A DNA stretch of 64,000 nt, from assembly GCA_045616625.1 (NCBI GenBank), contig JAZLHA010000002.1, positions 40,482-104,481 on the forward strand. The letters are read 5' to 3'. A program made the position numbers and the translations under genes. This DNA comes from Candidatus Enterousia sp. Its GTDB lineage: Bacteria; Pseudomonadota; Alphaproteobacteria; Rs-D84. The notes under the pieces are model-generated. The model had not been told where the DNA came from. It worked only from the letters and a program-made list of their open reading frames with translations, and did no database searches. This document shows positions 28,472 to 38,370 of this stretch, in pieces (positions within the stretch are counted from its first letter, which is position 1; each line of letters opens with the position of its first letter).

Positions 28472-29383
28472 ATGCGTCGATTGTTGTGTGCTTTTTTAGC
28501 ATTCATATTTTGCACCGTCGCATTGTCCGCCGAATGCCCAATCGGCACCACCCCCGCACAATATATTCAGTTGGAATATATTGAGTCAACCGGAACACAG
28601 TATATTGATACGGGGGTGTTAGCAGAATCTGGAAAAAGTTGGGAAATAGAATTTTCTTTTAGTTCTCTAGTTAATAATGGTTTTATAGGTGCAAGAGTTT
28701 CTAATTTTCGTTTTTGGTTTATTTTATATAGTTCTTACTTTGATTTAGGTTTGGGAGACGACCGTTATATTAGTAGTGTTCCGATTGTGGCGGGTAATAG
28801 GTATAAAAACACACTTGTCACGGATAATAACGGTTGGGTTTCATATATTAATGACATTGAGGTTGCCAAAGGAAACGATGTCGCAACAAAAGAAACTATT
28901 AAAGGTAGTATATATTTATTTAAGATAAATAATGTTTCTGGTTCAGGATATTCTGGTAACTCACGAATATATTATACAAAGATATGGGATGGTGATGCTC
29001 TTATCTACGATTTTATTCCTGTCTTACGTTTAAATGGCGGTAAACCCGGGATGTATGATAAGGTAAGTGGAAGGTTCTTTACAAATCAAGGGACTGGGGA
29101 ATTTATCGCCGGTCCAGAAGTGTCAACAGAATTTATGAATTTTAATAAATGTAATCCTTGTCCGCCGAATACCTATAAAGATTTTGTTGGGAACGGCGAA
29201 TGCACACCATGTCCGGATGCGTTGATATCGCCGTCGGGGTCAAAAAGTGTGTCTGAATGTGGACGCGTTCTGCATATTGGCGATAAAATATATCATATGA
29301 AGTCTGTTAAACAGACATCCCCCGCATTACATATTCGCGATGAAAACGGAAATGTTTGGTACGGCAACCTATATTCAGAATAA
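28472..29383 (+). CDS. Secreted chimeric protein: phage-tail-like ConA/LamG lectin fold + Eph-receptor-like Cys repeat + short C-terminal beta domain
   Basis: Signal peptide; LEYIESTGTQYIDTG…RIYYTKIWD…DFIPV…GMYDKVSGRFFTNQGTGEF; CNPCPPNTYK…ECTPCP…GSKSVSEC. Confidence 0.8.
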   Translation: MRRLLCAFLAFIFCTVALSAECPIGTTPAQYIQLEYIESTGTQYIDTGVLAESGKSWEIEFSFSSLVNNGFIGARVSNFRFWFILYSSYFDLGLGDDRYISSVPIVAGNRYKNTLVTDNNGWVSYINDIEVAKGNDVATKETIKGSIYLFKINNVSGSGYSGNSRIYYTKIWDGDALIYDFIPVLRLNGGKPGMYDKVSGRFFTNQGTGEFIAGPEVSTEFMNFNKCNPCPPNTYKDFVGNGECTPCPDALISPSGSKSVSECGRVLHIGDKIYHMKSVKQTSPALHIRDENGNVWYGNLYSE

Positions 29384-29596
29384 GAAATAATAAAAAAACC
29401 GCGGAATTCTGCGGGTTGGGGCGTAAAATAGCTGTTTTTTAGTAAAAAATCAGAAAATTACGAATTTTGGTGTAAAAATGCACTAAAAACAGTGTGTTGT
29501 GTAATATTATGGGTCTGTGGCGGAAAATGATGAAAATAGGGCTTAAAACCGCCAAAGCCTATAAAACGCAAGGTGTTGCGGTGAAATGATTTACAG

Positions 29597-29675
29597 TATA
29601 AAATTTATAAAAATTTGAATAAAAAATAAATTTTTTTAGAAAAATTTTTTATTAGAAATTTTTATAAATTTTATA
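29597..29675. repeat. AT-only long inverted repeat (potential cruciform)
   Basis: Perfect 20-bp arms (29597-29616 / 29656-29675) plus inner 10-bp arms (29618-29627 / 29644-29653). Confidence 0.85.
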
Positions 29676-29811
29676 TTTTTTTCGGAAAAAATTATTTTTC
29701 TGCGCACAAACACACAAAACAAAAACAATTTTATATTGCAAATAATATGTCATTTTGCGAAAAGCATAAAAACATTAAAAACCCACTAAATGCTATATTA
29801 CCAATAATCTA

Positions 29812-29839
29812 ACTATACATAATATACATTATGCGCCTT
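29812..29839 (-). other. dif: dif site (XerC/XerD chromosome dimer resolution)
   Basis: Minus strand AAGGCGCATAA-TGTATA-TTATGTATAGT versus E. coli GGTGCGCATAA-TGTATA-TTATGTTAAAT; intergenic, between convergent genes. Confidence 0.88.
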
Positions 29840-30004
29840 TTGTATGTTGTGTGCCCCGTCGGTATGGGTGGAGTTGATTCTGAATAGGAAAATATCTGAA
29901 ACGCCCAGAAATCTGGGAATAAGTTATATAAAATATACTATTATAAGTGGTGGTTTTTAGAAATATAATCTGCGTAATTTTAGCAAATAAATAATAAAAA
30001 ATTA

Positions 30005-30043
30005 TGGCGACACCCCTATTTTATATAATATAAAGGTGTCGCC
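30005..30043 (-). terminator. Hairpin downstream of mscL
   Basis: GGCGACACC…GGTGTCGCC arms with an A-run on the plus strand to the left. Confidence 0.7.
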
Positions 30044-30049
30044 CTGTTG

Positions 30050-30598
30050 TTATTTAACAACTTTTGTTAATTTTTTGACGCTTTTCTTAGCAATCTTGGT
30101 CAAATTCTTGATGCCTTTCTTTAAATCGCTTTCTTCGGCGGCGATAACTTTACCTGCTTTTACTGCTGAACAGCAATATGGGCATTTTGTTGCTTCTACG
30201 CTAATTGTTGATTTGCAGTATGGGCAAGCGTGTGTTGTGATGGCTTGTTTGTCGCGTGTTTTGTTAACAATTTTGACGAACAAGAATACTGCAAACATTG
30301 TAATCAAGAAACTAACCACAGAATTCATAAATACGCCCAAATTCATTGTGGTTGCGCCCGCAGCGTTTGCCGCTGCAACTGTTGTATAATGAACGCCCGG
30401 TTCGCCACCCGCCAAAACAATGAATAATGTAGAAAAATCAACGCCACCGATAAGCAATCCAATTGGTGGCATTAAAACGTCAGCAACCAATGAATTAACA
30501 ACACCGGTCATAACACTACCTACGATGATACCGACAGCCATGTCGATTGCATTACCGCGATATATAAATGATTTAAATTCTTTTAATAAATTAGCCAT
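30050..30598 (-). CDS. mscL: Large-conductance mechanosensitive channel with C-terminal Zn-ribbon and basic tail
   Basis: LLKEFKSFIYRGNAIDMAVGIIVG, MPPIG, NLGVFMNSVVSFLI; CPYC…CPYC. Confidence 0.93.
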   Translation of the reverse strand: MANLLKEFKSFIYRGNAIDMAVGIIVGSVMTGVVNSLVADVLMPPIGLLIGGVDFSTLFIVLAGGEPGVHYTTVAAANAAGATTMNLGVFMNSVVSFLITMFAVFLFVKIVNKTRDKQAITTHACPYCKSTISVEATKCPYCCSAVKAGKVIAAEESDLKKGIKNLTKIAKKSVKKLTKVVK

Positions 30599-31160
30599 TA
30601 TTTTTTTCTCCTTTGTTTGTAAAGTTAGTTATTGCTTTTGTTACATTGTTGAGTGTTTTGCGCAGATTTTCATCGTGCGTTTCAACGGTTATATTGGCCA
30701 TGGCGTACGTTGCATAACGTTCGTCAATTAGTTGGGCCAAAATCTTGCGACTATCGGTATTTAATAATTGTGGTCGGGTATTTCTAAAATTAGTCCGTTT
30801 TACCAGCAAATCTAAATCAGCCTTTAACCATACGCTTGTTGCGCGTGATAATACCATTTTACGTACCGCAGGGGTTATAAATGCGCCCTCGCCCGTGGAA
30901 ATGACCTTTATTGCGGGGGCAGTATCTAAAATACGCTCTATAACGCGTCTTTCAACGCGGCGGAATTCTTCTTCACCATACATGGAAAATATATCAACTA
31001 CGCTACAACCGGCTGCGGCTTCTATTTCCTTGTCGGAATCAACGAAATCTACGCCCAATTTACGTGCTAATGCCCGCCCTACACTGGTTTTGCCGGCGCC
31101 CATCAGACCGACCAAAACTATCGGTTTTTCAAGTTTAATAATAGGTTTTGAACTTTTCAT
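30591..31160 (-). CDS. aroK: Shikimate kinase
   Basis: LVGLMGAGKTSVG, DSDKEIE, GEEEFR, STGEG, RPQL. Confidence 0.92.
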   Translation of the reverse strand: MKSSKPIIKLEKPIVLVGLMGAGKTSVGRALARKLGVDFVDSDKEIEAAAGCSVVDIFSMYGEEEFRRVERRVIERILDTAPAIKVISTGEGAFITPAVRKMVLSRATSVWLKADLDLLVKRTNFRNTRPQLLNTDSRKILAQLIDERYATYAMANITVETHDENLRKTLNNVTKAITNFTNKGEKNNG

Positions 31161-31211
31161 GCCTGTCATAATACAAAAAAATGTATTATAAACACAACAA
31201 CTTTTTTATCT

Positions 31212-32276
31212 TTAATCTAAATTTGCTAACTGTTCCAACTGATCCGCGGCAATTAGTGAATCAATCATTTCATCCAATGCCGGCCCCCCAGCCAAAATAT
31301 CATCTAGTTTATACAGTGTTAATTTAATTCTGTGGTCGGTTACGCGTTGTTCAGGGAAATTATATGTTCTTATCTTTTCGCTGCGGTCACCAGAACCGAC
31401 CATTGATCTGCGTGAAGCATTACTGCTGTTCATCTGTTCCATGCGTTGTTTTTCGTATAGTTTGGAACGCAATACAGACATAGCGGTTGCTTTGTTTTGA
31501 ATTTGGCTGCGTTCGTTTTGGCATGTGACAACGATACCACTTGGAAAATGGGTTATACGAATGGCAGAATCTGTTTTGTTAACGTGCTGACCACCTGCCC
31601 CAGATGCGCGGAAAATATCAATACGTATGTCTTTTTCTTCGATAACAACGTCGATATCTTTGGCCTCTGGCATAACGGCAACAGATGCGGCACTGGTGTG
31701 AATACGGCCACCGGCCTCGGTTTCAGGAACACGTTGAACACGATGAATGCCCGATTCAAATTTCATACGCGCATACGCCCCAACCCCGTCAATTTTGAAA
31801 ATGATTTCTTTATAACCTTTTAATGAAGTGGCGTTTTCTTCAATAATTTCTATTTTCCAACCCTGACGCAGAGCATAAGATTTATATTGGTTAAATAAAT
31901 CACCAGCAAAAAGCGCAGATTCTTCGCCACCAACGCCAGCACGAATTTCCATAATAACACTATTGTCGTCGGCATCGTCGCGTGGCAATAGTGCGATTTG
32001 CAATTTTTTTTCAATTTCTGGCAATTCAGACTTTAATTGAACTAATTGTTCAACCGCAATAGACTTTAATTCGGGGTCGTGTTGCATTTCGGTTGCATCC
32101 GCAATACCCTGGGTTGTTTGGAAATACTGGTTTATCAAAGGTAATATCTCAGACAATCTAGAATATTCCTTGGATAATTTTGTTAATTCGTCACCAGACA
32201 TCGTTCCAGAATTCATTTGAGATTCTATTTCAGATGCGCGTGTTTGAATATCGTGTAATTTGCTTTCAATTATCAT
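31212..32276 (-). CDS. prfA: Peptide chain release factor 1
   Basis: [46 protein letters not shown]. Confidence 0.97.
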   Translation of the reverse strand: MIIESKLHDIQTRASEIESQMNSGTMSGDELTKLSKEYSRLSEILPLINQYFQTTQGIADATEMQHDPELKSIAVEQLVQLKSELPEIEKKLQIALLPRDDADDNSVIMEIRAGVGGEESALFAGDLFNQYKSYALRQGWKIEIIEENATSLKGYKEIIFKIDGVGAYARMKFESGIHRVQRVPETEAGGRIHTSAASVAVMPEAKDIDVVIEEKDIRIDIFRASGAGGQHVNKTDSAIRITHFPSGIVVTCQNERSQIQNKATAMSVLRSKLYEKQRMEQMNSSNASRRSMVGSGDRSEKIRTYNFPEQRVTDHRIKLTLYKLDDILAGGPALDEMIDSLIAADQLEQLANLD

Positions 32277-32277
32277 T

Positions 32278-33573
32278 TTATTTCGCGTTTTTTATTGTTT
32301 TTATTGCGTCACAAATAGAAATTGTTTCTTGTTTTCCTGTTGACATTTCTTTTAATGTGACGAGTTGATTTTTTGCTTCATCTTCGCCGACTATTATGCT
32401 GAATTTAGCAGATATTTTATCGGCGTATTCCATTTGGTTTTTGAACTTTTTTTCTGCATCCAGGTATGCCACAGACGGAATATTTTCTTGCCTGAGAGCA
32501 GATAACACATTTAATCCGTACGGAACGTTTTTGTTTCCCATTGGTAATACCGCAACAGTAATTGGTTGACCGAATTTTGATAAATCTATCAAATTATTTT
32601 CCATCAAAGATACCAATAGTCTTGAAATGCCGATAGACGCCCCTACGCCAACAATCTTTGTCTTAGAAAACTTAGAAGCCAAGTTTTCATAGCGTCCACC
32701 ACCACCAATCGCAGGCAAATCAGGATATTTAATAGAGAAAAATTCAAATACTATACCGGTATAATACGCGTGTCCACGCATAATAGACATATCTATTTCG
32801 GCGTTTTTGATTCCTGTTTCTTTTAATAAATCCAAAAATTCATCTATTTCTGTGATTGCTTTTGTTAAGTTTTCAGTTTTGTTTAAGAATAAACGATAAC
32901 CGTCTGTAAATACTTTGTTTATTTGTTGTGTGGCGGGTTCGCCAATTACCTCTGATAATGCATCGTCAAAGTCTTTTATCTTGTCTTTTTTGTCTATTAA
33001 TATAAATGCTTCGCGACTTTGCTTTTCGTCTAGGTCCAAATATTCAAAAATGGCATTCCAAAACTTTCTATTTCCGATTTTTACCTTTACTTCACCAACT
33101 ATATCAGCAATAGAAGCATACATTTGTGACAATGTTGCAATAATTTCAGCATCATAATTGGTTGATAATTCAGAAATACCCAAAACATCAACATCCATTT
33201 GATAAAATTCACGATATCGACCGCGTTGTGGACGTTCACCACGATAATTACGGGCGAACTGGTATGCGCGGAAAGGAAACACTAAATTATTTAGGTGACC
33301 GGCAACATAACGTGATAAACCAACGGTGCCGTCATAACGCAGTCCCATCTTGGTATCGCCCTTTTGAAACAAAAACATTTGTGTTTCAATTTCGTCCCAG
33401 TTATCTTTATCGGTTAAAACCTCTGCCCGTTCGATTGCTGGCAAATCCAGACGGTTAAAACCACAGTTTTTTAATACCGATTGCATACGTGATGCACATT
33501 CGTCAAAACAACGTTGTTGATCTGGCAACAATTCTATGAATCCTGATAAAGGTTTTGTCGGTTTTAAGTCCAT
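32278..33573 (-). CDS. hisS: Histidine--tRNA ligase
   Basis: [38 protein letters not shown]; start chosen at 33573 (MDLKP). Confidence 0.96.
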   Translation of the reverse strand: MDLKPTKPLSGFIELLPDQQRCFDECASRMQSVLKNCGFNRLDLPAIERAEVLTDKDNWDEIETQMFLFQKGDTKMGLRYDGTVGLSRYVAGHLNNLVFPFRAYQFARNYRGERPQRGRYREFYQMDVDVLGISELSTNYDAEIIATLSQMYASIADIVGEVKVKIGNRKFWNAIFEYLDLDEKQSREAFILIDKKDKIKDFDDALSEVIGEPATQQINKVFTDGYRLFLNKTENLTKAITEIDEFLDLLKETGIKNAEIDMSIMRGHAYYTGIVFEFFSIKYPDLPAIGGGGRYENLASKFSKTKIVGVGASIGISRLLVSLMENNLIDLSKFGQPITVAVLPMGNKNVPYGLNVLSALRQENIPSVAYLDAEKKFKNQMEYADKISAKFSIIVGEDEAKNQLVTLKEMSTGKQETISICDAIKTIKNAK

Positions 33574-33758
33574 TTTTTTATTCCTATATTTAATATCGCT
33601 GAATATTATATCACAAAAAAACACGTTTTGCTATAAACGAGTTTGATGATGAGCATGAAAAATATTTTTGCCATAAATCATAGCAAATACAATACTAACC
33701 TAAAAAAACAAAATTTCAAGGATTTAAGTGTGTAAACGATTGTATGTGTAATTTAAAA

Positions 33759-34451
33759 TTATAAATATTTATGTAGTTCGGCGCCATGGACATTTAGCCA
33801 ACGACGTGCCCTTTCCACACCAAAACCGTATAATTCTGAAACAGTGTGCCAAAATTCTGGCGAATGATCCATGTGTTGCGTATGTGCTAATTCGTGAATT
33901 ATAACATAACGCATAACATCGTATGGGGCAAACGCCAATCGCCATGAAAAAGACATTGTGCCAGTGCTGGAACAACTGCCCCAGCGGGTGGATGTGTCGC
34001 GCAAAGCAATTCTTTTTGGCCAAAAATCTTTTGGTGTTGTGTGAATGATTGTTTTGATTTCTTGTAACAGTTGTGTCTTTATCAAATCGCGAATTCGGCG
34101 TTCAAACATACGAATATCGCCCCCAACTATAATAGTGTTGTTACAAATTGTATTCGTGTGTTGGTTTGGGTTGTGATTCAAAAGATATTTTTTACCCAAA
34201 AACTCAATATAATCGCCGGGTTTAAGCGTGGTTTTTGTTGGCGCATTTGTAAATATACGTTCCAGCCACCTGTGTTTTGTTTCTAAAAATCGCAGTGCTT
34301 CGGCTGATGGAACTATCCATGGTTTTGATATGTGTATTTCAAGTTTTGGGCTTGTTTTTGGACGTATAGTAATATTTCGTAATCCACGCCGAGTTTCTAT
34401 GATTACAGGAATTTCTTGGCCGTTTTCTGTGGTGAAAATATGTTCAGACAT
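33759..34451 (-). CDS. YgjP/DUF45 (M48-like) metalloprotein
   Basis: TRWGSCS, SFSWRL, YVIIHELAH, HSPEFW. Confidence 0.9.
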   Translation of the reverse strand: MSEHIFTTENGQEIPVIIETRRGLRNITIRPKTSPKLEIHISKPWIVPSAEALRFLETKHRWLERIFTNAPTKTTLKPGDYIEFLGKKYLLNHNPNQHTNTICNNTIIVGGDIRMFERRIRDLIKTQLLQEIKTIIHTTPKDFWPKRIALRDTSTRWGSCSSTGTMSFSWRLAFAPYDVMRYVIIHELAHTQHMDHSPEFWHTVSELYGFGVERARRWLNVHGAELHKYL

Positions 34452-36235
34452 TATTTTTCTGCCTTGTGTAAAATTTCATTCGCTATCGCTTCGGCGTTCA
34501 TGCCCATGTTCGCGTAAACTTTATCGCCATCATCAGAAATCCCAAATCTGTCAATTCCGACAACCGCATCAGCAAATTCAAACCATGGGGCAGATGCTGC
34601 AGCCTCTATGGCGACAACAAAACCGCGCATAATTTCCTGTTTGTATTTTAAATCCTGATTTCTGAATATTTCCACACATGGCATACTGACCACCTGGACA
34701 CTATTACCGATAATGTTTGCAACGCGGATAGCGATTGGAACCTCTGACCCGGTGGCAACAATAGTCATTTTAACATTTTTGTTTGGTGAATGATAAACAA
34801 TGTATGCGCCACGATTTACATCAGCGGATGCCGGCGTTTCAACCTGTTCAAATTCCTGGCGTGATAAAATAATAGCCGTTGGTCCAGTCGTTGTTCTAAT
34901 TCCGGTGTTCCATGCGGCGGCAATCTCTGTCCCGTTACATGGTCTAAATACATTAAGGTTTGGTATTAAACGCAGTGATGGCAATTGTTCAATCGGTTGA
35001 TGTGTTGGACCATCGGGACCAACCGCAACACTATCGTGTGAAAAGACATAAATCACAGGTAGTTTAGATAATGCAGCGATACGAATAGATGGTCGCATAT
35101 AATCGCTAAATGCTAAAAATGTAGAACCGTACGGGCGCAGACCCGCGGTCGCCATTCCATTCATAATTGCGCCCATCGCGTGTTCACGCACACCATAGTT
35201 TATATAATTGCCAGAAAAATCATCATACTTTATTTCGTGTGAAGAATCAACGCGTGCACCAGTATTTGAACCTAAATCCGCGCTGCCCCCGATAAGTGAT
35301 GTACCGTAAAATAATAGTTCTTCGAGGTATTTGGCAGACAATTTGCGTGTTGAACCAAATCCGGTCCAACGTGGTGCTTCAATTTCTGGGACTTGAATTG
35401 TTAAATTAGGTGACAGACAGCAAACGCGTTTGGCGGCATATGTCGCCCATAATGTTTCACTGCGTATGCTGGTGTATTTTTGTATCAGTTCGCCCATTTC
35501 AATATCGCCAATTGCGAACCCATGTGCCGCCGCTGTGCCGGCAATAGAAGATCCGTGCCCTATTTCGGTCTTGCATTGTATAAACGTGGGCTTGTCAGAA
35601 TTTTGTGCAACACCAAGTGCGCGATTTATATCGTCCATATCGTGGCCGTTTATAGAAATTATATTCCAATTAGATGCGGCAACCTGTTCTGGAACATTTG
35701 TGCTAGTTTGGGCAATGCCATCAATTGATATACTATTGTTATCCCATAATAAAATTAAATTATTTAATTTGTATCTACCGGCAAAAGCAATTGCTTCTTG
35801 GGCGACGCCTTCCATTAAATCACCGTCAGAACACAGACAGTAAACACGTCCGTCATTGTTTTGGATTTTTGCGGCGATTGCCAAACCGACGGCGTTTCCA
35901 ACACCCTGACCCAGTGGACCTGTCGTTGCATCAACACCTGATATAGATAGTTCGGGGTGCCCGGGTAATCCGCCCGCCTTTCTAAAAGTTGTTAAATCTC
36001 CTATTTCGTATCCTGCTAATTTTAGGACAGAATACAGCATCGCACTACCATGGCCGGCAGATAAAACGAATCGGTCCAAACCGCAACGCATAAAATTCGC
36101 ATACACAGATGTTATAATATCTGATGCACCTAACACAATGCCGACATGTCCACTTTTGGCGGAATTTATGGCACGCAGCGCGCCCGCGCGCACCGCAGAT
36201 GACATTTCTATTAAATCTTTGGCATCGTACTTCAT
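34451..36235 (-). CDS. tkt: Transketolase (compact)
   Basis: SGHVG, SAGHGS, TGPLGQG, SDGDLMEG, GVREHAM, HDSVAVGPDGPTHQPIEQ. Confidence 0.95.
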   Translation of the reverse strand: MKYDAKDLIEMSSAVRAGALRAINSAKSGHVGIVLGASDIITSVYANFMRCGLDRFVLSAGHGSAMLYSVLKLAGYEIGDLTTFRKAGGLPGHPELSISGVDATTGPLGQGVGNAVGLAIAAKIQNNDGRVYCLCSDGDLMEGVAQEAIAFAGRYKLNNLILLWDNNSISIDGIAQTSTNVPEQVAASNWNIISINGHDMDDINRALGVAQNSDKPTFIQCKTEIGHGSSIAGTAAAHGFAIGDIEMGELIQKYTSIRSETLWATYAAKRVCCLSPNLTIQVPEIEAPRWTGFGSTRKLSAKYLEELLFYGTSLIGGSADLGSNTGARVDSSHEIKYDDFSGNYINYGVREHAMGAIMNGMATAGLRPYGSTFLAFSDYMRPSIRIAALSKLPVIYVFSHDSVAVGPDGPTHQPIEQLPSLRLIPNLNVFRPCNGTEIAAAWNTGIRTTTGPTAIILSRQEFEQVETPASADVNRGAYIVYHSPNKNVKMTIVATGSEVPIAIRVANIIGNSVQVVSMPCVEIFRNQDLKYKQEIMRGFVVAIEAAASAPWFEFADAVVGIDRFGISDDGDKVYANMGMNAEAIANEILHKAEK

Positions 36236-36271
36236 TTTGTGATATTATATCATAAAAACAGGATAGATGTA

Positions 36272-36706
36272 ATGCTAAAAATTTGGACAGATGGCAGTTG
36301 TTTAGGAAACCCTGGTCCGGGCGGATGGGGCTATATCGCAACTGACGGTAAAAATATTGCCAAGTGCAGTGGTGGCGAAGAAAATACAACAAATAACCGT
36401 ATGGAATTGACGGCGGTACTGCATGCTTTAACTGCAGCGGCACGGCGACATGATTCTGTGGAAATTCATACCGATAGTCAGTATGTTAAAAATGGTATGC
36501 AATCTTGGATGAAAAATTGGAAGGCGCATGGTTGGCACACATCAGATAAAAAGCCTGTTAAAAATGTCGATTTATGGCGCGCGTTGGATGAAATATCACA
36601 ACAGATAAAAATAGATTGGGTTTGGGTTCGCGGTCATAATGGCGAAGAATTTAACGAAATAGTTGATGAACTGGCGCGCACAACCGCTGAAAATTTTAAG
36701 AAATAA
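36272..36706 (+). CDS. rnhA: Ribonuclease HI
   Basis: WTDGSCLGNPGPGG, TTNNRMEL, TDSQYV, NVDLW, WVRGH. Confidence 0.97.
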   Translation: MLKIWTDGSCLGNPGPGGWGYIATDGKNIAKCSGGEENTTNNRMELTAVLHALTAAARRHDSVEIHTDSQYVKNGMQSWMKNWKAHGWHTSDKKPVKNVDLWRALDEISQQIKIDWVWVRGHNGEEFNEIVDELARTTAENFKK

Positions 36707-36741
36707 TTGAATTTCAATAAAAAGATGATATTATGTGCCAC

Positions 36742-37054
36742 GCACAGGTGGACAGAACATAGCCGTATGATGTAAAATTCATGCGGAGGAAAGTCCGGAC
36801 TGCATAGGGACGGCGTACGGGCTAACGACCCGGCGGAGTGATTCGACGATTAGAGCAACAGTGACGTAAGCGATTAAATTCGTGGTGAAACGGGCAATCT
36901 CTACGCGCAGCAACTTCAAATAGGCCCCCTTGTTTGTCCCTAGCGTACAGGGGGCGGGTAGAAGGCTTGACATTTTGTGGTAACACATTATGCAGACTAA
37001 TTATGTTCATCAGCATTTGCTGATACAGAATCCGGCTTATCGTTCACTCTGTGC
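36742..37054 (+). ncRNA. rnpB: RNase P RNA (compact)
   Basis: GAGGAAAGTCC (36786) and ACAGAATCCGGCTTAT (37025) form P4; the ends pair as P1. Confidence 0.95.
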
Positions 37055-37111
37055 ATTTTTTATAATAAAAATTTGCATTTGGTATAAATAGGTGTTATAC
37101 TAATGCGCATT

Positions 37112-37188
37112 CGGGGTGTAGCTCAGCCTGGTAGAGTACTTGGTTTGGGACCAAGGTGTCGGAGGTTCGAACCCTCTCACCCCGACCA
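37112..37188 (+). tRNA. tRNA-Pro(TGG)
   Basis: Anticodon arm CTTGG-TT TGG GA-CCAAG; GGTTCGAA; CCA; TTGCAT-N17-TATACT promoter upstream. Confidence 0.96.
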
Positions 37189-37197
37189 TAAAAAATT

Positions 37198-37227
37198 CAA
37201 ACCATCGCAAGATGGTTTTAATTTTTT
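37198..37227 (+). terminator. Terminator after tRNA-Pro(TGG)
   Basis: AAACCATC-GCAA-GATGGTTT followed by a T-rich tail. Confidence 0.8.
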
Positions 37228-37361
37228 ATAGTGGGTGTTCCAGGTGTTAGACCTTGCAACGAATGTTGCCTAGGTTCGAAAACAAGTAGATTTTGGAAGT
37301 GTAACGAACCAAAATCGTTACGGTTTGCCCGCAGACATATTTAATATATGTCGAGGGAGCT

Positions 37362-37377
37362 CCTCTCACCCCGACCA
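37362..37377 (+). repeat. Exact 16-bp copy of tRNA-Pro(TGG) 3' end (att-like)
   Basis: CCTCTCACCCCGACCA is identical to 37173-37188. Confidence 0.85.
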
Positions 37378-37392
37378 CGAAATTCAAAAATA

Positions 37393-38319
37393 CTATTCAA
37401 GAGCGTTTTTATACAGTTTTTCTTTATTTTGTTCTAATTGATTCAGAACAAACTTTATATCTTGTTTTTCCTTGATATTCATTTCACCCAATGTCCTCAA
37501 CACTGGCGAATGGATCGCCCCGCGGCAAAACAACGCTTCTTTTATTGGCATAGGATTAGTTGTCATAAATAATGCTTTATAAAGAGGATATAAAAAGTTA
37601 TGGATATCCAACGCTTCAATTATTTTTCCTGACTTAAAATCGCTAACCATTTTTTGAATCAATCGCCCTTCCAGATGCGAAGCAACACTTATTACACCTT
37701 TTGCCCCCAACGCCAGCATAGGCAAACACAAACTGTCATCGCCAGCATAAATCTGAAAACATTTTGGACTCATAATTTTTAATTCTGTAATCTTATTCAT
37801 ATCACCAAAACTTTGCTTTATCCCTATGATATTAGGATTCGCTTTTGCCAATTCTGCAACTGTTTCTGGTAAAATTTCTGTTCCTGTTCTGGATGGTATA
37901 TTGTATATAATCAACGGTTTATTATTTATTGATTTGGCAATTTTATCAAAATGTCTATAAAGCACCTGTTGCGTTGGTTTTATGTATTCTGGAACAACAA
38001 CCAAAATTCCATTTGCGCCAAGTTCAAACGCTTTTTGTGATTTTAATACGCTTCTGTCAGTGTTTGTATCCCCAGTTGATACAATAATTTTGGAATACCT
38101 TGGTATATAAGAACGTATTTGCTTGATTATTTCTTCAAATTCACAAAAAGAAAGCTGCGACGCTTCACCTGTGGAACCTGCAATTAAAAGAGTGTCGGTA
38201 CCATTTTGCAGTAAATATTCGGCAAGTTTTAACATCCGATTAAAATCAATTGATTGGTCAACATCAGATTTAAATGGTGTTACCATCGCGGTTATAACAT
38301 TACCGAAATCATCACGCAT
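37393..38319 (-). CDS. dapA: DapA-family enzyme (4-hydroxy-tetrahydrodipicolinate synthase-like)
   Basis: ITAMVTPF, GSTGE, YNIPSRTG, Schiff-base IGIK, GDD, GVISV, NPMPIK. Confidence 0.85.
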   Translation of the reverse strand: MRDDFGNVITAMVTPFKSDVDQSIDFNRMLKLAEYLLQNGTDTLLIAGSTGEASQLSFCEFEEIIKQIRSYIPRYSKIIVSTGDTNTDRSVLKSQKAFELGANGILVVVPEYIKPTQQVLYRHFDKIAKSINNKPLIIYNIPSRTGTEILPETVAELAKANPNIIGIKQSFGDMNKITELKIMSPKCFQIYAGDDSLCLPMLALGAKGVISVASHLEGRLIQKMVSDFKSGKIIEALDIHNFLYPLYKALFMTTNPMPIKEALFCRGAIHSPVLRTLGEMNIKEKQDIKFVLNQLEQNKEKLYKNALE

Positions 38320-38370
38320 TTTAACAGCTCTCGTTTTATATGCGAAGCGTATAAAAAAACAATCATAAAA

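Noticed and set aside
29384-30049. AT-rich intergenic region as oriC/DUE
   Set aside because: No DnaA-box cluster seen, and a dif site lies inside it, which indicates the terminus.
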